Origin: Eledone cirrhosa
Lineage: Eukaryota
DNA: 64,000 bases
Direction: 5' to 3'
NCBI GenBank assembly: GCA_964016885.1
Contig: OZ024740.1
Span: 412,300,001-412,364,000 of the forward strand
Below the pieces are notes generated by a model, which made no database searches, was not told where the DNA came from, and was given only the letters and a program-made list of their open reading frames with translations. The translations under genes were made by a program, and so were the position numbers. Below are positions 28,282 to 42,450 of the stretch, one piece after another. Position 1 is the first letter of the stretch. Each line of letters opens with the position of its first letter.

Positions 28282-28325
<44 letters not shown>
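26786..28325 (+). repeat. ~1.5-kb direct duplication, copy 1
   Basis: Colinear with 29325-30950, including the internal (TA)n and SINE. Confidence 0.9.
27830..28040 (-). mobile_element. tRNA-derived SINE (second family); duplicated at ~30415-30625
   Basis: Reverse complement begins ggaggcgTAGCTTAGTGATTAG (A box) ... gtttgattcc (B-box-like), followed by caagacacttcatttcatgttgctccagttcact. Confidence 0.7.
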
Positions 28326-28328
<3 letters not shown>

Positions 28329-28390
28329 AAAACAGGTGAAATCGAAAATGCAACAGGAGGCTTTTAACAAAAATATATATTTATTCGGTT

Positions 28391-28428
28391 CCTTTACCGG
28401 TTTCGCAGTTCTTGTGCTTTTCAAACGT
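28391..28428 (-). ncRNA. Hammerhead motif, family A (partly decayed)
   Basis: Reverse complement: UUGAAAA-GCAcaagaacUGC-GAAACCGGUA-AAGG. Confidence 0.55.
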
Positions 28429-29324
28429 AGAATTGAGATGGAAGGTTTGTGGTTTTTCTCGCACCTGGTTGGTGTTCGAATGTTACTTCTGTTTTATATT
28501 GAAAAAAAGTCGCTCGAAATGCTAGGTTTTTTGAAAATATGTTTATTCAAATATATAGACCAGTATTAAATATAGTTTAATATACATTATGTCAACACCA
28601 TAACATGTTAACCATCCATACAGACACATACATACACACACACATAACACCTTCTATATCCGAACATAAAAACTGGAGCTAAATAAACCTTAACATATGT
28701 TAATACTCTAACACCTTAACATGCTAACCACACCGCCGCACACACATAACATAACTCCCTCCCATATTTCTACTAACGGAATCATTTCCCCCCCCCCCCC
28801 CCACACACAAATATATATTCTCTCCATCTTAACATGCTAATCATACTCCCACACACACACATACACACACATATAGAACACCCATAAACACACACACAAC
28901 TCCCACCCCCATTTCTACTAATAGAATCATCTTTCTACACACACACACACACACACTCAAATAAACATACATATCTCTACTTATTTCAATAGAAAGTCTT
29001 AATTTTGACACCTCAGCACATCAGTCATACTCACTGAACAAATAAAAAGTCTGCCCGTCCCGTTTTTCATGACCATTATCTTATGTTGGCACAACATTCT
29101 CTAAATGGCTACAAAAGAAATTCCCAAATACGGGCGCGATTTTTAATGTATTTTTTCACGTGACGGGAATAATATCATTTATAACCAATCAAATTACATT
29201 TCAGCACATCAGCCATACTCACTGAACCAGAACTATTCTCTCCATCCCCTTTTTTCTTGACCATTATCTTTTGTTTGGCACAAAATTCTCTAAATGGCTA
29301 CAATAAAAATTCCAAAATACGGGC

Positions 29325-30231
29325 GCGAACTTAATATTTTTCCGGACATTGAAGGGCGTAACAAGTTATTCCAGTAGAGGTTTAAGTAAGAATGAATGCC
29401 TAAATAAGATGTGTTTAAAATGAACTAGTATGTTGAACAAGTCTTGTATCTAATTATTCTAGAACTCATGGATCATGGGAATGAAACAAGGTTGCTGTGT
29501 CTAAAGAAAATAGGTGAAAACTTTCATGGGCATTGAGGGGAAATAGTTATGGATGTATGACAGGCAAAAGAAATCCGTATGCTTAGGTGTCTCAAAATAG
29601 GCAAATACATAAAAATCTAGAAAAAACATTCACGGTTCAATTATTCACATGTGTGTCATGTTTAATTGTTTATATATCAACTGTTTTAAATTTTCCATTT
29701 CTTTTATATATATATATATATGTCTGTTATTCTCACACATATTCCTTTTCTTTCTCACTCTCTGTATACATTTGTGTGTTTCTGTGTGTTTCTGTGTGTA
29801 TGAGTGTGTCTTTAACTGTTGTGAGGGGAGGGCCATATGCCTGCGTACCTCAGTGCGTGTGAATAAATATATATTTATTTATCTTCGTATATATGTACGT
29901 TTGCATAAGTGTCTGCATCTCTGTCACTATTCCACGTACTTCCGGCACGATTGAATGTCTAAATCAACATTCACAAACTACTTTGCCTTAAGGATCATAG
30001 CTATTCTCACCTGTAATTCCTTAAGATTCTTCATGAATCATTAAGATTCTTCATGAGTCATTTTCTCATTCCTCACAATGTGTTAAGTGTTGTTTTGTCG
30101 ACACTTTGCCTGATTCTTGCAAATCTTATATTCTTATTGTTCTTATTTTTCTATGGAATATATAATTTATGTTTTCTATATTGACGGTGTGCAACCGCTC
30201 ACAGGTGTTGAAGTTTTAGCTTCACTTCTCT

Positions 30232-30311
<80 letters not shown>

Positions 30312-30864
30312 AAAGTGTAAATTCTATTATGAATATCATGGGATTTACACCTAGATATTACCGCTATGAGTAGGTGATTTGTAGAAGACTAGCAGTCATT
30401 TTGCATACATATGTCCCCTGGCCTCGCAAATGATGTTGTCCAGGAGAAATGCAAAGTCTGGTACAGCTTAGCACCAGTGATGTCACAACTTATTTCCACA
30501 GCTCAGTGAACTGGAGCAAGATGACATGAAGTGTCTTGATCAGGGACCCAGAAGATCGCCCTGTCAGGAATCAAACTCGCAATCTCCGGATTGAGAATCT
30601 AACTTAATAACCAATAAGCTACGCCCCACACAAGCACGCGCACACACAAACTCTCACACACACACACACAGTGTATATATACATACATTTTTTAATGGGG
30701 GTTGTATGTGTGCATATGCAAAAAGTGAACTGAAACAACAAAGCAAAGAATACAGTACAATGAATAAGTATACAAATTAACGCTTGTTACGGTAGGAAAA
30801 TAGTCTTCACCAGTAGATATTAACAAACACGTGTGTGTCATACGTGTATGTGCGATATATAGGA

Positions 30865-30950
<86 letters not shown>
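29325..30950 (+). repeat. ~1.5-kb direct duplication, copy 2
   Basis: Colinear with 26786-28325, with scattered substitutions. Confidence 0.9.
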
Positions 30951-30954
<4 letters not shown>

Positions 30955-30959
30955 TAAGT

Positions 30960-31890
30960 ATGTATACTTATATATGTATATAAGTATGTACACATTCGTT
31001 TCATTTTTTCCGTTTATCGTTTTCGGCATGCCCGACCGATTAACTCACTCGATATGCAAATTAGTCTGCTCAGCCGTGAATATGCATAAGGAAAGTATAT
31101 ACTTTCAGGCGTTCAATCATCTGGCAGGAAGGTATACCTTGCTGACGATAGCTAATAAGCTTGAAACTAGTACAGCGTTCCTTTGTAAGTTTTGAACAAA
31201 TGAGCAACGATGGTTGCTAGACACTGTACGGCTTACTTCGGGATGTTTGTTTACAAACACACCGAGCATTATAATAAATGTTCGGTCAATCCATACGTAC
31301 ATATATATATATATATGCGCATGTATGTATATATATATATATACATACTACTGTACGTCTGTATACATATATGTATGTACGTATACATACTTATGTTTAA
31401 ATAACAGCCTTACTAATAGTGAGAAATGAAATTTTGTTTCTTTTTTTCCGTTTATCATATTCGGCATGCCCGGCCGATTAGCTCACTCGATATGCAAATT
31501 AGGCTGCTCAGCCGTTAATATCCATAAGGAAAGTATATACTTTCAGACGTTCAATCATCAGGCAGGAAGGTATACCTTGCTGACGATAGCTAATAAGCTT
31601 GAAACTAGTACAGCGTTCCTTTGTCAGTGTTGAACAAATGAGCAACGATGGTTGCTAGACACTGCACGGCTTAATTCAGGATGTTTGTTTACAACCACAC
31701 CGAGCATTATAATAAATGTTCGGTGAATCCATACGTACATATATATATATATATGTGCATGTATTTATATATATATATACATACTACTGTATGTCTGTAT
31801 ACATATATGTATGTATGTATACATACTTATATTTAAGTAACAGTCTTACTAAGTGTGAGAAATGAAATTTCGTTTCATTTTTTCCGTTTA
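30960..31890 (+). mobile_element. Retrozyme-like tandem dimer, subfamily II (438-bp period; HHR cores at 31142 and 31580)
   Basis: Two units containing CUGACGA-uAGCuaauaaGCUu-GAAACUAGUA-CAGCGU; homologous to the 51-55 kb array. Confidence 0.8.
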
Positions 31891-32333
31891 TATATATATA
31901 TGTGCGTATGTATATATATATATCACCGGGAGAGATGACCCCGTAGCCTTTGTCAAGGCAGAATTCTAGGAGAAGGAAAACTCTGATATAACACCTGCAA
32001 CTCTGATGGTATCCAATGATGTTAACTTCTTCTCTTTTGTAAATATCATCTTGGTTAAGAGAATGGGACTGGCTTTGTGCAGTGCCTTTGCTCACTATAA
32101 AGGCTTCACGGCACAGGCATTGCTTTGTATCTGGAGATCTCTGTGCACTTGTCGTCCCAATGTACTATGGGCCCAGCACTATGTGTCAGTAATTGTCACA
32201 AGTGTAGTGTTTTTACCAGAGTTTTCAAGTCGCTCGCTTGACTAAAAAGTCACACTCGTTCAGCTCATCGGTAGGGGTTCTCCTACATGGATATAATGTA
32301 GTGGCCGTACTCGAAAACGAGGTGGCAGCCACC

Positions 32334-32369
<36 letters not shown>

Positions 32370-32599
32370 ACTCTCTTATGCGTTTACCTATTCCAGCCAT
32401 CCGTCTGAGACCATGCTGGTACTGGACGTTACGATACATCTCGAAGAGGCTTCCGCCCTCGGTCATGCAGCGGCAGAGAAAGTCGAGTGTGTGAGTGTGT
32501 GTGCGTATGTAACTTCCTTTACTTATTTATTTCTGGTACGTCTCTGTGGGCAAATTCCCCATGTACGCCGACCAGTAGGTTCTGTCTGAAGCAACGGTC

Positions 32600-33110
32600 T
32601 ACAATTGATCCGGATGGAACCCCAAACGAGACCATCTGAGTTCATGTCTCCCCGTACAACAGGTGTGATTGTTCTAGTCTTAGGTTCTTTAGCACCGTTC
32701 GTCGCCTCAAGTCATGGTCAGCGGCGTCTTTTTCACGTCCGTGCCAAGTGATATTGGCTGCTATCAGGTCTTTTTGGAACGTTTGTCGCTAGGTAATCCT
32801 GGACCTATCCCACCTCCGGCTGGTGCCAGGTGGTGTCCAGTTCATCGCTGCTGTTTTCGAGTGTCGTTCTTCGGGCAGGCGCAACATATAGTAATCCAGG
32901 TGGCACTGGCGCCACGACCATCTTCTGTAGCGTCCCCGACCCGGTTCTCCGCAGGATTTCCTCGTTTCGCACTCAGTTGCACCAGGAGACACGATGGATC
33001 ATTCGCAGTCACCACTGTTGGAAAGCATTCAGCTGAGTCGCTGTCTTTGCCATGCTCTCCAGGTTTCGCCAGACAACTGACGTTAGATTATACCCTCTTT
33101 CGCCCGTAAA
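32600..33110 (-). mobile_element. RTE-clade LINE 3' fragment
   Basis: ORF 32789-32992 RRWSW...MLRLPEERHSK.A..WTPPGTSRR..RSRIT matches the RTE C-terminal pattern. Confidence 0.7.
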
Positions 33111-34259
33111 TTTTATTTTCATTATATATATATATAACATAGTTATACATATATATGGCTACACGCACATATATGTGCATATAGTTGTTAATGTTTCGTC
33201 ACTCAAATATATATATATATATACATAGATCAGTGTGTGTGAGAAAGAGTATGTTTATTTTATTTGTTTCCCTATTACCTTGTTTGGGTATTTGGCTATG
33301 AGAAATGTGAAGATATTTTATGCTACGGACACTCCCTTATGTATATATAGTTGTGTGTAACTCTATTTTAATATGTATATTTGTAGCACATGCTTTATGT
33401 AGTAGAGGAATTTCGTCCCCCAACAAAATATATAGGCTGGAAAATTAATAAACAGCTTCAGAACGAAATTGATAAAAGTGACCTTTATATAATCAGATTA
33501 TAGAATATAGGAATGTAACTATGGGTAATTGAAAGCAAGATATTGTATATTACACACTATATAGCCCCATAAAATGATATTTCAAGTGATATAATATGTA
33601 AATGTCTTGAGGTAATCAAATAAAACAAAGATCTGTCGTTAGGTGTTTGAAAACATGATGTAACAATGTTGTAGAATGCGTTTGACAAAATGTTTGAATA
33701 ATAAGAAATATGTTATCGCAATCGGTTTAAATGTATTATTTAAAGAGGTAATTATTTAAATGCAATTGATAAATGAATGCAAGTATGATTCGAATATTTT
33801 TTATGTGTATAAGCAAATAAAATTAAATGATGACAACAGTAATACAAATGGCTGCGGAATTGAAATATCTTTGATATCTTGTGAGATCAAATGACGGAAA
33901 ATAATAGAAGTATTACAGAGTTGTAGCTATGAATGTTAATAAAAGTAAAATTCTCAAAGGACTTGTGCAAGTTTGTAGAGACGTATAACTAGTAGAAAGA
34001 AGAGAAATGAATATATCATAAGGTGTCCGACAAAACTTTGAAACAATTATTATGGGATAAAGTAGAAACAGGATAGCAAATATTTGAGGAAATGTAATAA
34101 TTGTAAATCTATATACTGTAAAGTTGTATGGAAGTATTTTGAAAAGAAACAAGGATATTAAATGAAGTATAACAGAAACTATGTGTGCTTGAAAGCAAGA
34201 AAACGTCGATAAACTTACACTGTCTTCAGAAATGTAATAATTTACAATATAGTTCGATA

Positions 34260-34362
<103 letters not shown>

Positions 34363-36099
34363 ATAAAATCAACTAAAACATATTGACTATACTGGGTGTT
34401 TCAAATCGTGATTCCTAAATTAATGAATTTATTTAAAAACTGGTTCCTCGGGAAATGCAAATTAGTGAACGATTGTATCTTAAAATATGTTATGAAGTTA
34501 AAAGTAAAATAAACAAGTAGGTGTGAAACCAAAAATATTTCTATTCAATCTTTTCAATTATAAAATTTATTTGTTTTCTCTTTTTTCTATAACATTGAGT
34601 GAGTGTGCGCAAATGTAATTGTGTTTTTAATTTTTGCATCTTTTGTTTTGTTTTACTTCTTCAATTGTGTTACACACGCGGTTCAATATTTGATGAGACA
34701 GGTCAGCAATCATTTAACAAAAAACAAAAGAAAATGTATAATACCGATAAATATCAAATTATGTAAAAAAATATAACAAATCTACAACTAATATCATTAT
34801 TTTTTGTGAACAAATTCATTGGCATTGTAATTAGAGCATTAGATAGGATATCATATCTCGTGACATTTGCTCCAGCTCCCTTCTCCCTTAAATTTACTTG
34901 TAATATTTCCTGGATCGGTATAATAACAAACCAGTCACGTACTGGTTCGATGAAACCGTCTTCAACTTCCCCAGTTTAACTAAGGCCAATTAACACTTCA
35001 TGAAGCAAACGATTGCTACAGAAACCTTACAAAAAGATTGTTATCGTTGTTATCACTATTATAATTTTATATTTATTATTATTATCATAAAATAAAGTAC
35101 CAGTAATGTACTGGGTAATTGCTGGCCTTGTGCCAATAGAAGAAACAATTATTATCATGATTATTATTATTAGAAATTTGAATGTCTTCCAGCGATCACA
35201 GCCTTCAACCAATCAGGCTGTACGATCGGCGGAAACTCCATATAGGCTTTCCCTAGAGGTTTAGTGGCTGGTAAAATCAGCAACGTTCTTGTGGAGACTG
35301 TGGAGGTCGAGGAAATTAATTAGCCACTGTTTTCCAGAGGACATTCACTACGGGGCCCATGGATAACTTTCAGAAATCTCTGGCCTGGCAGTGCTACAGA
35401 GGAGATTTGATAGTTCAAGATAACCTCTACTAACATGAACGTGCCGTCGGTCGGGCAGCCCGAGATGCGCACTTGACAAAGAAACGACCCTGTACGCACT
35501 CGTCGATTGTTGAGTATAGCTGACGTGTGGGTTTACGCCGAGCAAATGCTGACAATTGTGGGGCGTATCCGATTATCAACTGATTCTATTTTAAAATTCA
35601 CTCCGCAGTCTTCCTTTTGAATGGAAACACGAGAAGATTTTGTCTGCCTGGTGGTCATATCGAAAGAGCTGATGTGGTGGATGCATTTTCCTCTTCGATG
35701 AAGCATTGATTAACGTTTTCTGATTTTAAATGAAGAGTTAAATCAGTGTAAAGCGGGAAATGCTGCCTTCCAACCAGTTTTGAGGTGAGTGAGAGTGTCG
35801 AGCATGGTCCGAGTGAATGGGCTTGCTCTCAGTATGACCCTGTAAATTGGAGGAGAAAAACCGAGAGACTTAGCCTGGCAGTCAAGGTTTACATTGCTTT
35901 TTCTGGGTATTCTTCGTGAATGAATGATGAAGGTATTTCTACTTTGGCAGATTTATTCGAAGGTGTCCCTAATTTGGGGAATTCAATCGTAGGTATCCTT
36001 ACTTTGGGGCATTTAATCGACTCATACTTCCCCTAAGTATTGTTGGCCTTGTACCTAAAAGAGAAATCATTATTATTATTATTATTAGTTAGGGTATTA

Positions 36100-36139
36100 G
36101 TAGTGAGTAGTAGTAGCAACAGCAGCAGCATCAGCAATG

Positions 36140-36215
<76 letters not shown>

Positions 36216-36222
36216 TAGTAGT
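36100..36222. repeat. (AGT)n/(AGC)n microsatellite following a SINE 3' tail
   Basis: Seen directly in the sequence. Confidence 0.9.
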
Positions 36223-38276
36223 ATCCGATCTCTATGGGGATATTCACTGATTTTTACCTGATTTTCTCAACTATTATTTATAGTGATCGTTTATTATTAC
36301 AGGCATTTTTATCCACTTGTAGGCACCAGTCTTCAATATTGTTAATACAGATCGATACGTAACATCACAAATTGTGCTAAGCGTTTTCTAAATACAATGG
36401 TTATCCCAGAAGCGGGTGCGCAATAAAATCGTGCAATATTTCTAAGACTACAGAACCACACACACATTCATACACACACACATACACACACACATTCACA
36501 CACACACCACACATACACATACACACAGCGCCCGAAACGTTAGGACCCTCTTCCTGCTATATCAAGCGTTAACATAATATATCCCTTCCATATACTGTAC
36601 CGATTGAGTTGTTACTTCTTTTTACAATATACATACATACACACACATATATATATATATACATTTATGAAAATAACAGATTTATTATTATTACTATATA
36701 TATATACTTATATCTGTGTGTGAGTCTGCGTGTGTATGTTTATGTGTGTATGTTTATGCGTGTGTATGTTTATGTGTGTATGTTTATGCGTGTGCGTGTG
36801 TGTGTGTTTGTATACATTATTTATATTAATTTATGACTTAAATTTGCATGATTGTGAGATTTTTCTGAATAATTTCAATCAATTACCCAAGTCCACTACA
36901 GTGCTCTTTAGGATGGAAAGGTGCAAACTGTCTAGACGAAAAAGTCCATAGTCAATGTTGGAATTATGATTTGGGATTTCGAGAACAGGAATTGCTTTCA
37001 ATTTCTATAAATACTTGAGCATATATAAAAGTAATTCTATAATTGTGAAAGATGAGTGAAAGTAATAGAAAATTGAATAAGTTAAGAGTCAATTCATTTA
37101 CAATAGTTCAGTTCAATACCAAGAAAATGGTCTTTGCTCTTAAAAATGTTCCATTCCCAGCCATAACATATATTTCTCTATTATTATATTGGAATATTTT
37201 ATGAATATTAAAATGTGAAATGTTCTCACTGCAGGGCATCTAGAACCTTAAATCCAAAGATAAAAAAATTGTAGATGATTATTTGATGTCAGTGAGAAGA
37301 AGGAGTGTTGATTACGAGCGAAAATAAGTAACTGTTAACCTTTCACGCAGCAACATTGGCAGCAATATTGGATTCAGTACGGTTCAACACTTCTTGGATT
37401 GGAAAAATTCTCGCTCTATATTCCCCTCTGTATTTTTATTTGTTTTCAAAGATATAAGAATCCTATTTTATGGATTAAAAAGCACAGAAATATTTGAAAT
37501 GAAGTACACAATTACATATAGAATAGAAAAAGTTGAACTACATTTATTAACCTATACTCTCATTCCAATTAAAATAAATACCCCTCTCTCATGAACTATA
37601 TATCGCTCTCCCTCCACCTCTTTATTTTTGTCTGAAGTTTAAAAACTAAAACTGAATACGTGAATTAAGCACTTTCCAAATTTCGGAAAATAGTAATAGA
37701 TCTGTTAAAAGTTTCCTGATGAACGCCATGAATAATAGTCTACTTTGTTGGATTACTCCAGTGAATCGTTCAATGCAGCGGTAATGGAGTAAATAAATAT
37801 TTTACAACACACATTATTACCTGTGAAAGTCTAGTATAATCAATAGCATACTTACGTTTCAAAAAATCATTGTACGTTTCTAAACCAAACTAGTGGAAAG
37901 TCTCAAAATCACACCGTTAAAGAGTTATTCGAAGAATTGGAATACATTCAATTATATATTACGAGCTTTTTGAAACTAATCTTGTATCTATAAACTTACA
38001 ATTGTCTTTACACCTTTGCTTTTTTATTTAAAAAAAATGTTTAAATCAGTTTGTCGATATATTATTTCCCATGAGTCAATAATTGTAAACTGTTCTTCTC
38101 CGTCGCGTATTTATGCAATTATCCCTTTTCATTTTAATATATACTTTTCAAAGACGTCATGAATCGTGTCATGTCTCAGTTCATATACTAGTTACTGATT
38201 ACGATTTTCAAAGGATATTTATGTATTGAAATTGTCACATCAAATCATCTCTTTAACTTTACTCTCTCCCTCTATG

Positions 38277-38414
<138 letters not shown>

Positions 38415-41400
38415 ATATATATATATAAATATATATATATATGCGCAGCACATCTTTCTGTCTCTAATTAACTCCGTGCCTCCTGGTCGACTTTATATTA
38501 TTATATTAATATTTGTTTGATATTTTTATCATTATCATCATATTCACATACATTTATGAACAAATTCATTGTCGCCATTCTGACTGAAAGCAATGCTGTG
38601 ACAATATTTGAAAGAAAACTTTGCCTGCTTTGTTTTATGTAATGTCTAATTGAGTTATTGATGCTGTTATTGAGTTTATTGTTCTTGTTTAACCATACGT
38701 CGATTTCGATCAAGCAGAGATATCAAAGTCATTCCAAATATGACCATCTCCCATATATATGTATGACTACATTGCTATTGTGTATTTTCCATATTTTCTC
38801 TTTCTGTTTAGACCTAAGTCTGCACTGATTCAGTTGACTTATTATCAACGACATGCCAATCCATTATATTCTGCCAGTATATTTACAACAATATCAAATG
38901 TGCTCTTTCTTTATAACATGCTAGGATTCCATTTGAGTTAAATCTAGTTCCTATATTTTGTAGTGTAAAGGAAAATTTAGAAAGCTCCTTCTTTGACACA
39001 ACATTATTTCATGCGAGAATTTCCGTGTAGAAATTTTGCTGTGATTTCTAATTGGACAAGAAAACTTGCAGTTATTGGTTTATTGATTGATTGTTTTGAC
39101 TGTCGTAAATTGCATCGACGCCAACGAGACAGATCATTGTTTCTAATGGAGGTAATAAATCTACAATAGTACTAAATTTATCAAATGCGAATTAACTATG
39201 TAACTAAATACTGCAACGTCTTTTGTTTTTTAAAATGGCGGAAAACTATCGAAGTAATGCCTTACGGCAACTATATTTAATTTACAAAAAAAAAAGTATA
39301 AGTATACCGTACGAGCGAAAGAAGAGAAATTCCACATTATATAAACGTTCATACTTCTAATTTGATGAATAAACTGTTTCATATTGCTATTATTTCCACA
39401 TTTAACGATATTTGAAGCATAAAATCTGAATGTGTTTCATTGTTAAATATATCAATTGGGTTTGACTGTGTACAATAGTTAATGATGTTTAAATCATAAC
39501 ATTTAATCGTTTTTTTATGTTAACAATTTCCAATGTGATTTTGATTTAATTCCCTATTTAAAGCCGTAGCGCTCCAATACGTATCATGAAAAACCAAGTA
39601 TCATAGATATTTGTTCATAAATTCCATGTCACTAACCAACATATACATAAAATGTTCAACGGATATTTTTCTATGTCTATCGCATTATAAACATCAATTT
39701 TCCAAACACTCTTATGAATAAAATAAAGAAATAGACAACCCTATGTAATACGTGATAATGTTAGTTAGGTGATAATCGAAATAATTATTGAAATCTGAGA
39801 TTCAAAGTATTTTAGATAGTTAATACCAAATGAAAAGATAATTTCAGAAATACTTTCCATCACAAGAGGGTAGTCTACTAAATATTCAGACGCCTATTGT
39901 TTTATAACTGAACATTTCAGTTAATAGCAGCAACATCTCTGAGTTGTACGTAACCTATCTTCTACGCTTGTCTAAGATGTCACGGGTTTAGGAGAAGTTA
40001 ACGTATAATGCCCTGGGCACATTAAAATTTCAGATATCTGTCGAGATATAGTTAACCAGTTAAATGATTATTTTGGTCATTCCATCTAGGTTAGTGTGCA
40101 AAATGCATCACGATAAAAAACGAATATCATTGACTTAGAAATAAAATATGGGATAATTAAGAGGGATACAAAATTAAGTTGTGATAGTTTAAAGTACACC
40201 GACATCTGTTCTTGATAGAAACATTTGAATATTTCCAAATCGAAATAGCCTAATATAATTATAAACCCGGCAACTGCTGTCATAATCACTTACATGGCCT
40301 TCTAGATATGAAGGAAAACAATTGTGGACTAATTCAATCTAGAAATTAATTTTGGACTAATTCAATCTACAGTATTATCCCGAAGGTATTATTTTTAACG
40401 TGAGATATTATTTGCCCCAAACTATATTATGGAGTGAAGTTTGATGATATGAATGTAAAGGTTAATTGCCTTAATTAAAACGACAGTATATACAATTCCA
40501 GAAACGAACCATTGCATTTAATGTTCATAACTTTGAGATGTGTCAAGACATACAAGAAAAAGAAGTCACCTTTGAAATACATTTATATCCTTTGATATGT
40601 GAGTAGGAGAGAAAATAGTGGCGGGAAGAATGGGATATTTAAGCAATAACTGAAATAAATACATAACTGCATTTATTGTACTTTTATAACACTTAGTATC
40701 ATTTTATAGTCCCAACTATGAGAATATTAACAGTAAAGAGTGAAACGTTACAAGAAAGTCTTCCAGACGTCTGGCGAAATCTGGCCGTCCCGCTCCAGTC
40801 GGTGCATAGTCGGCTATCAATCTGAAAGCAACACATTCGCTATTACTCATATACTCATCGTCTTTCAGCCCGAGTTCAGGAGGACCATACGTACCCCGAG
40901 CTCCATAACTTTCTTGAACAATACTGCCACCCCTCGTCACATTTGAGATGAATAAAGCCATTCGTATATCAGAAATTCGTCAAAGATCTGTGCTAGTGAG
41001 TGCGTCTCAAAAATCCCGGACTTATTTACGGCTGTTATTTCTATTGTTAATGACTAATGCCTTTATGAAAAGCGAACTTGCTAACAGAACAACCCCAGGC
41101 CACCGTCATTTCTATGTTTGCCGGAAAGAGTTAAGAGAAAAACGGTCTGCTTATCCTCTCAGCACTATTGGAGACTGGTTTGTTCCAAGTGATATACTCA
41201 CAATCATTTATATTTGTGGCACTTTAAATGCGCTGGTGCGCATAGTGACCTTTATCTGTCAATGTATTCGCTTCGTTTGATGAAGGACATCAATTCTTCG
41301 TTAGTCCGTCTCACTAGCACAATGTTTGGGGTCAAAGTGGTTGTGGTAGTGCTGGTGGTGGTAAGATGGTTGTTTTGGCAACGGTATTGTTGGTGGTGTT

Positions 41401-41699
41401 GGCGTTGTAGAAGTGTCTAAAATTGTTGCAGTTGTGTTTTCTGTTTTCTGGTGAGAAAGCTCTATCCCCTACGTTAATATGACGAAGGTTTACCAGCTAT
41501 GTAACTAGGAAAAGTGGAACATACTCTCACAACTGGAGTCAGAGAAGCAGTTCTTAAATACACGCCTCGAGTGCTTTATTTGCGGTCCACACGAAGCAAA
41601 ATTGATCCTTGGAAAATGGTATATACCAGACTAACTTATTTGAATTTCATAGAATTTGATTTCATTGAATTACAAATTTATCACAAAGTACCTGCATTT

Positions 41700-41891
41700 G
41701 GTGGATTGGCAGTATCGGTAGAGGGTCGGACGCCATGTTTTGACGCATAGAGTTACGGCCCTTGCCTTTCTGAGTTCAAATCCCGCCGAGGTTAACTTTG
41801 CCTTTCATCCTTACGGGGTCGATAAAATAAAGTACCAGTAATGCACTGGGTAATTGGTGGCCTTGCGCCAAAAGTAGAAACAATTATTATT
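41700..41891 (+). mobile_element. Full-length tRNA-derived SINE (family S1)
   Basis: ggtggatTGGCAGTATCGG A box, GAGTTCAAATCC B box, body and (ATT)n tail. Confidence 0.9.
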
Positions 41892-42073
41892 AAATTTTAT
41901 TATAATTACCTCTCTTTCCCTACATAAAAAAACCTTCAACGCGCAGGCATTGCTTGTTCAGGATATGTTGCAGGTCTGTGTGGCTGGCGGCAGCCTAAAA
42001 GTGCACCAAACTCTATAATCTGACAAGCGATTGCAATATTCTTAGCAGAGTATGCAGCCATCTTATATATATA

Positions 42074-42265
42074 TATGAAAGACGTAAAACAAGAACATTT
42101 TAAAAATTAAAAATTAACTTACTGATGACGTAATGAATTCTCGATGGTTACATTGCGTAACTATCTTTTTTCCCATTACAGAAACTAATTAGTTGGAGTG
42201 AACATTTTAGTAAGTAAGTTAATTTTTAATTTTTAAAATTTTCTTGTTTTACGTCTTTCATATAC
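42074..42265 (+). mobile_element. Small inverted-repeat element enclosing a hammerhead core (42122-42194)
   Basis: ~50-bp inverted arms. CUGAUGA-c-GUAAUG...CAUUAC-a-GAAA-CUAAUUAG-UU, with palindromic stem III. Confidence 0.7.
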
Positions 42266-42450
42266 TTGTTCTGAATCCTCCTGCATTGAACCACCTAGGT
42301 ACTATGACATAACTTATGTATTTGCTAGCATTATTGTACAACTGTACGCATATGTTGGTAAATATACTAATTCTCTCTCTCTCTATATATATATATACAT
42401 ATATATGTATACATACATATATATATTTTAGTATAAATATATATATATAT

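Noticed and set aside
41700-41790. tRNA gene
   Set aside because: The A/B boxes belong to the SINE head; there is no cloverleaf and it is followed by the SINE body.
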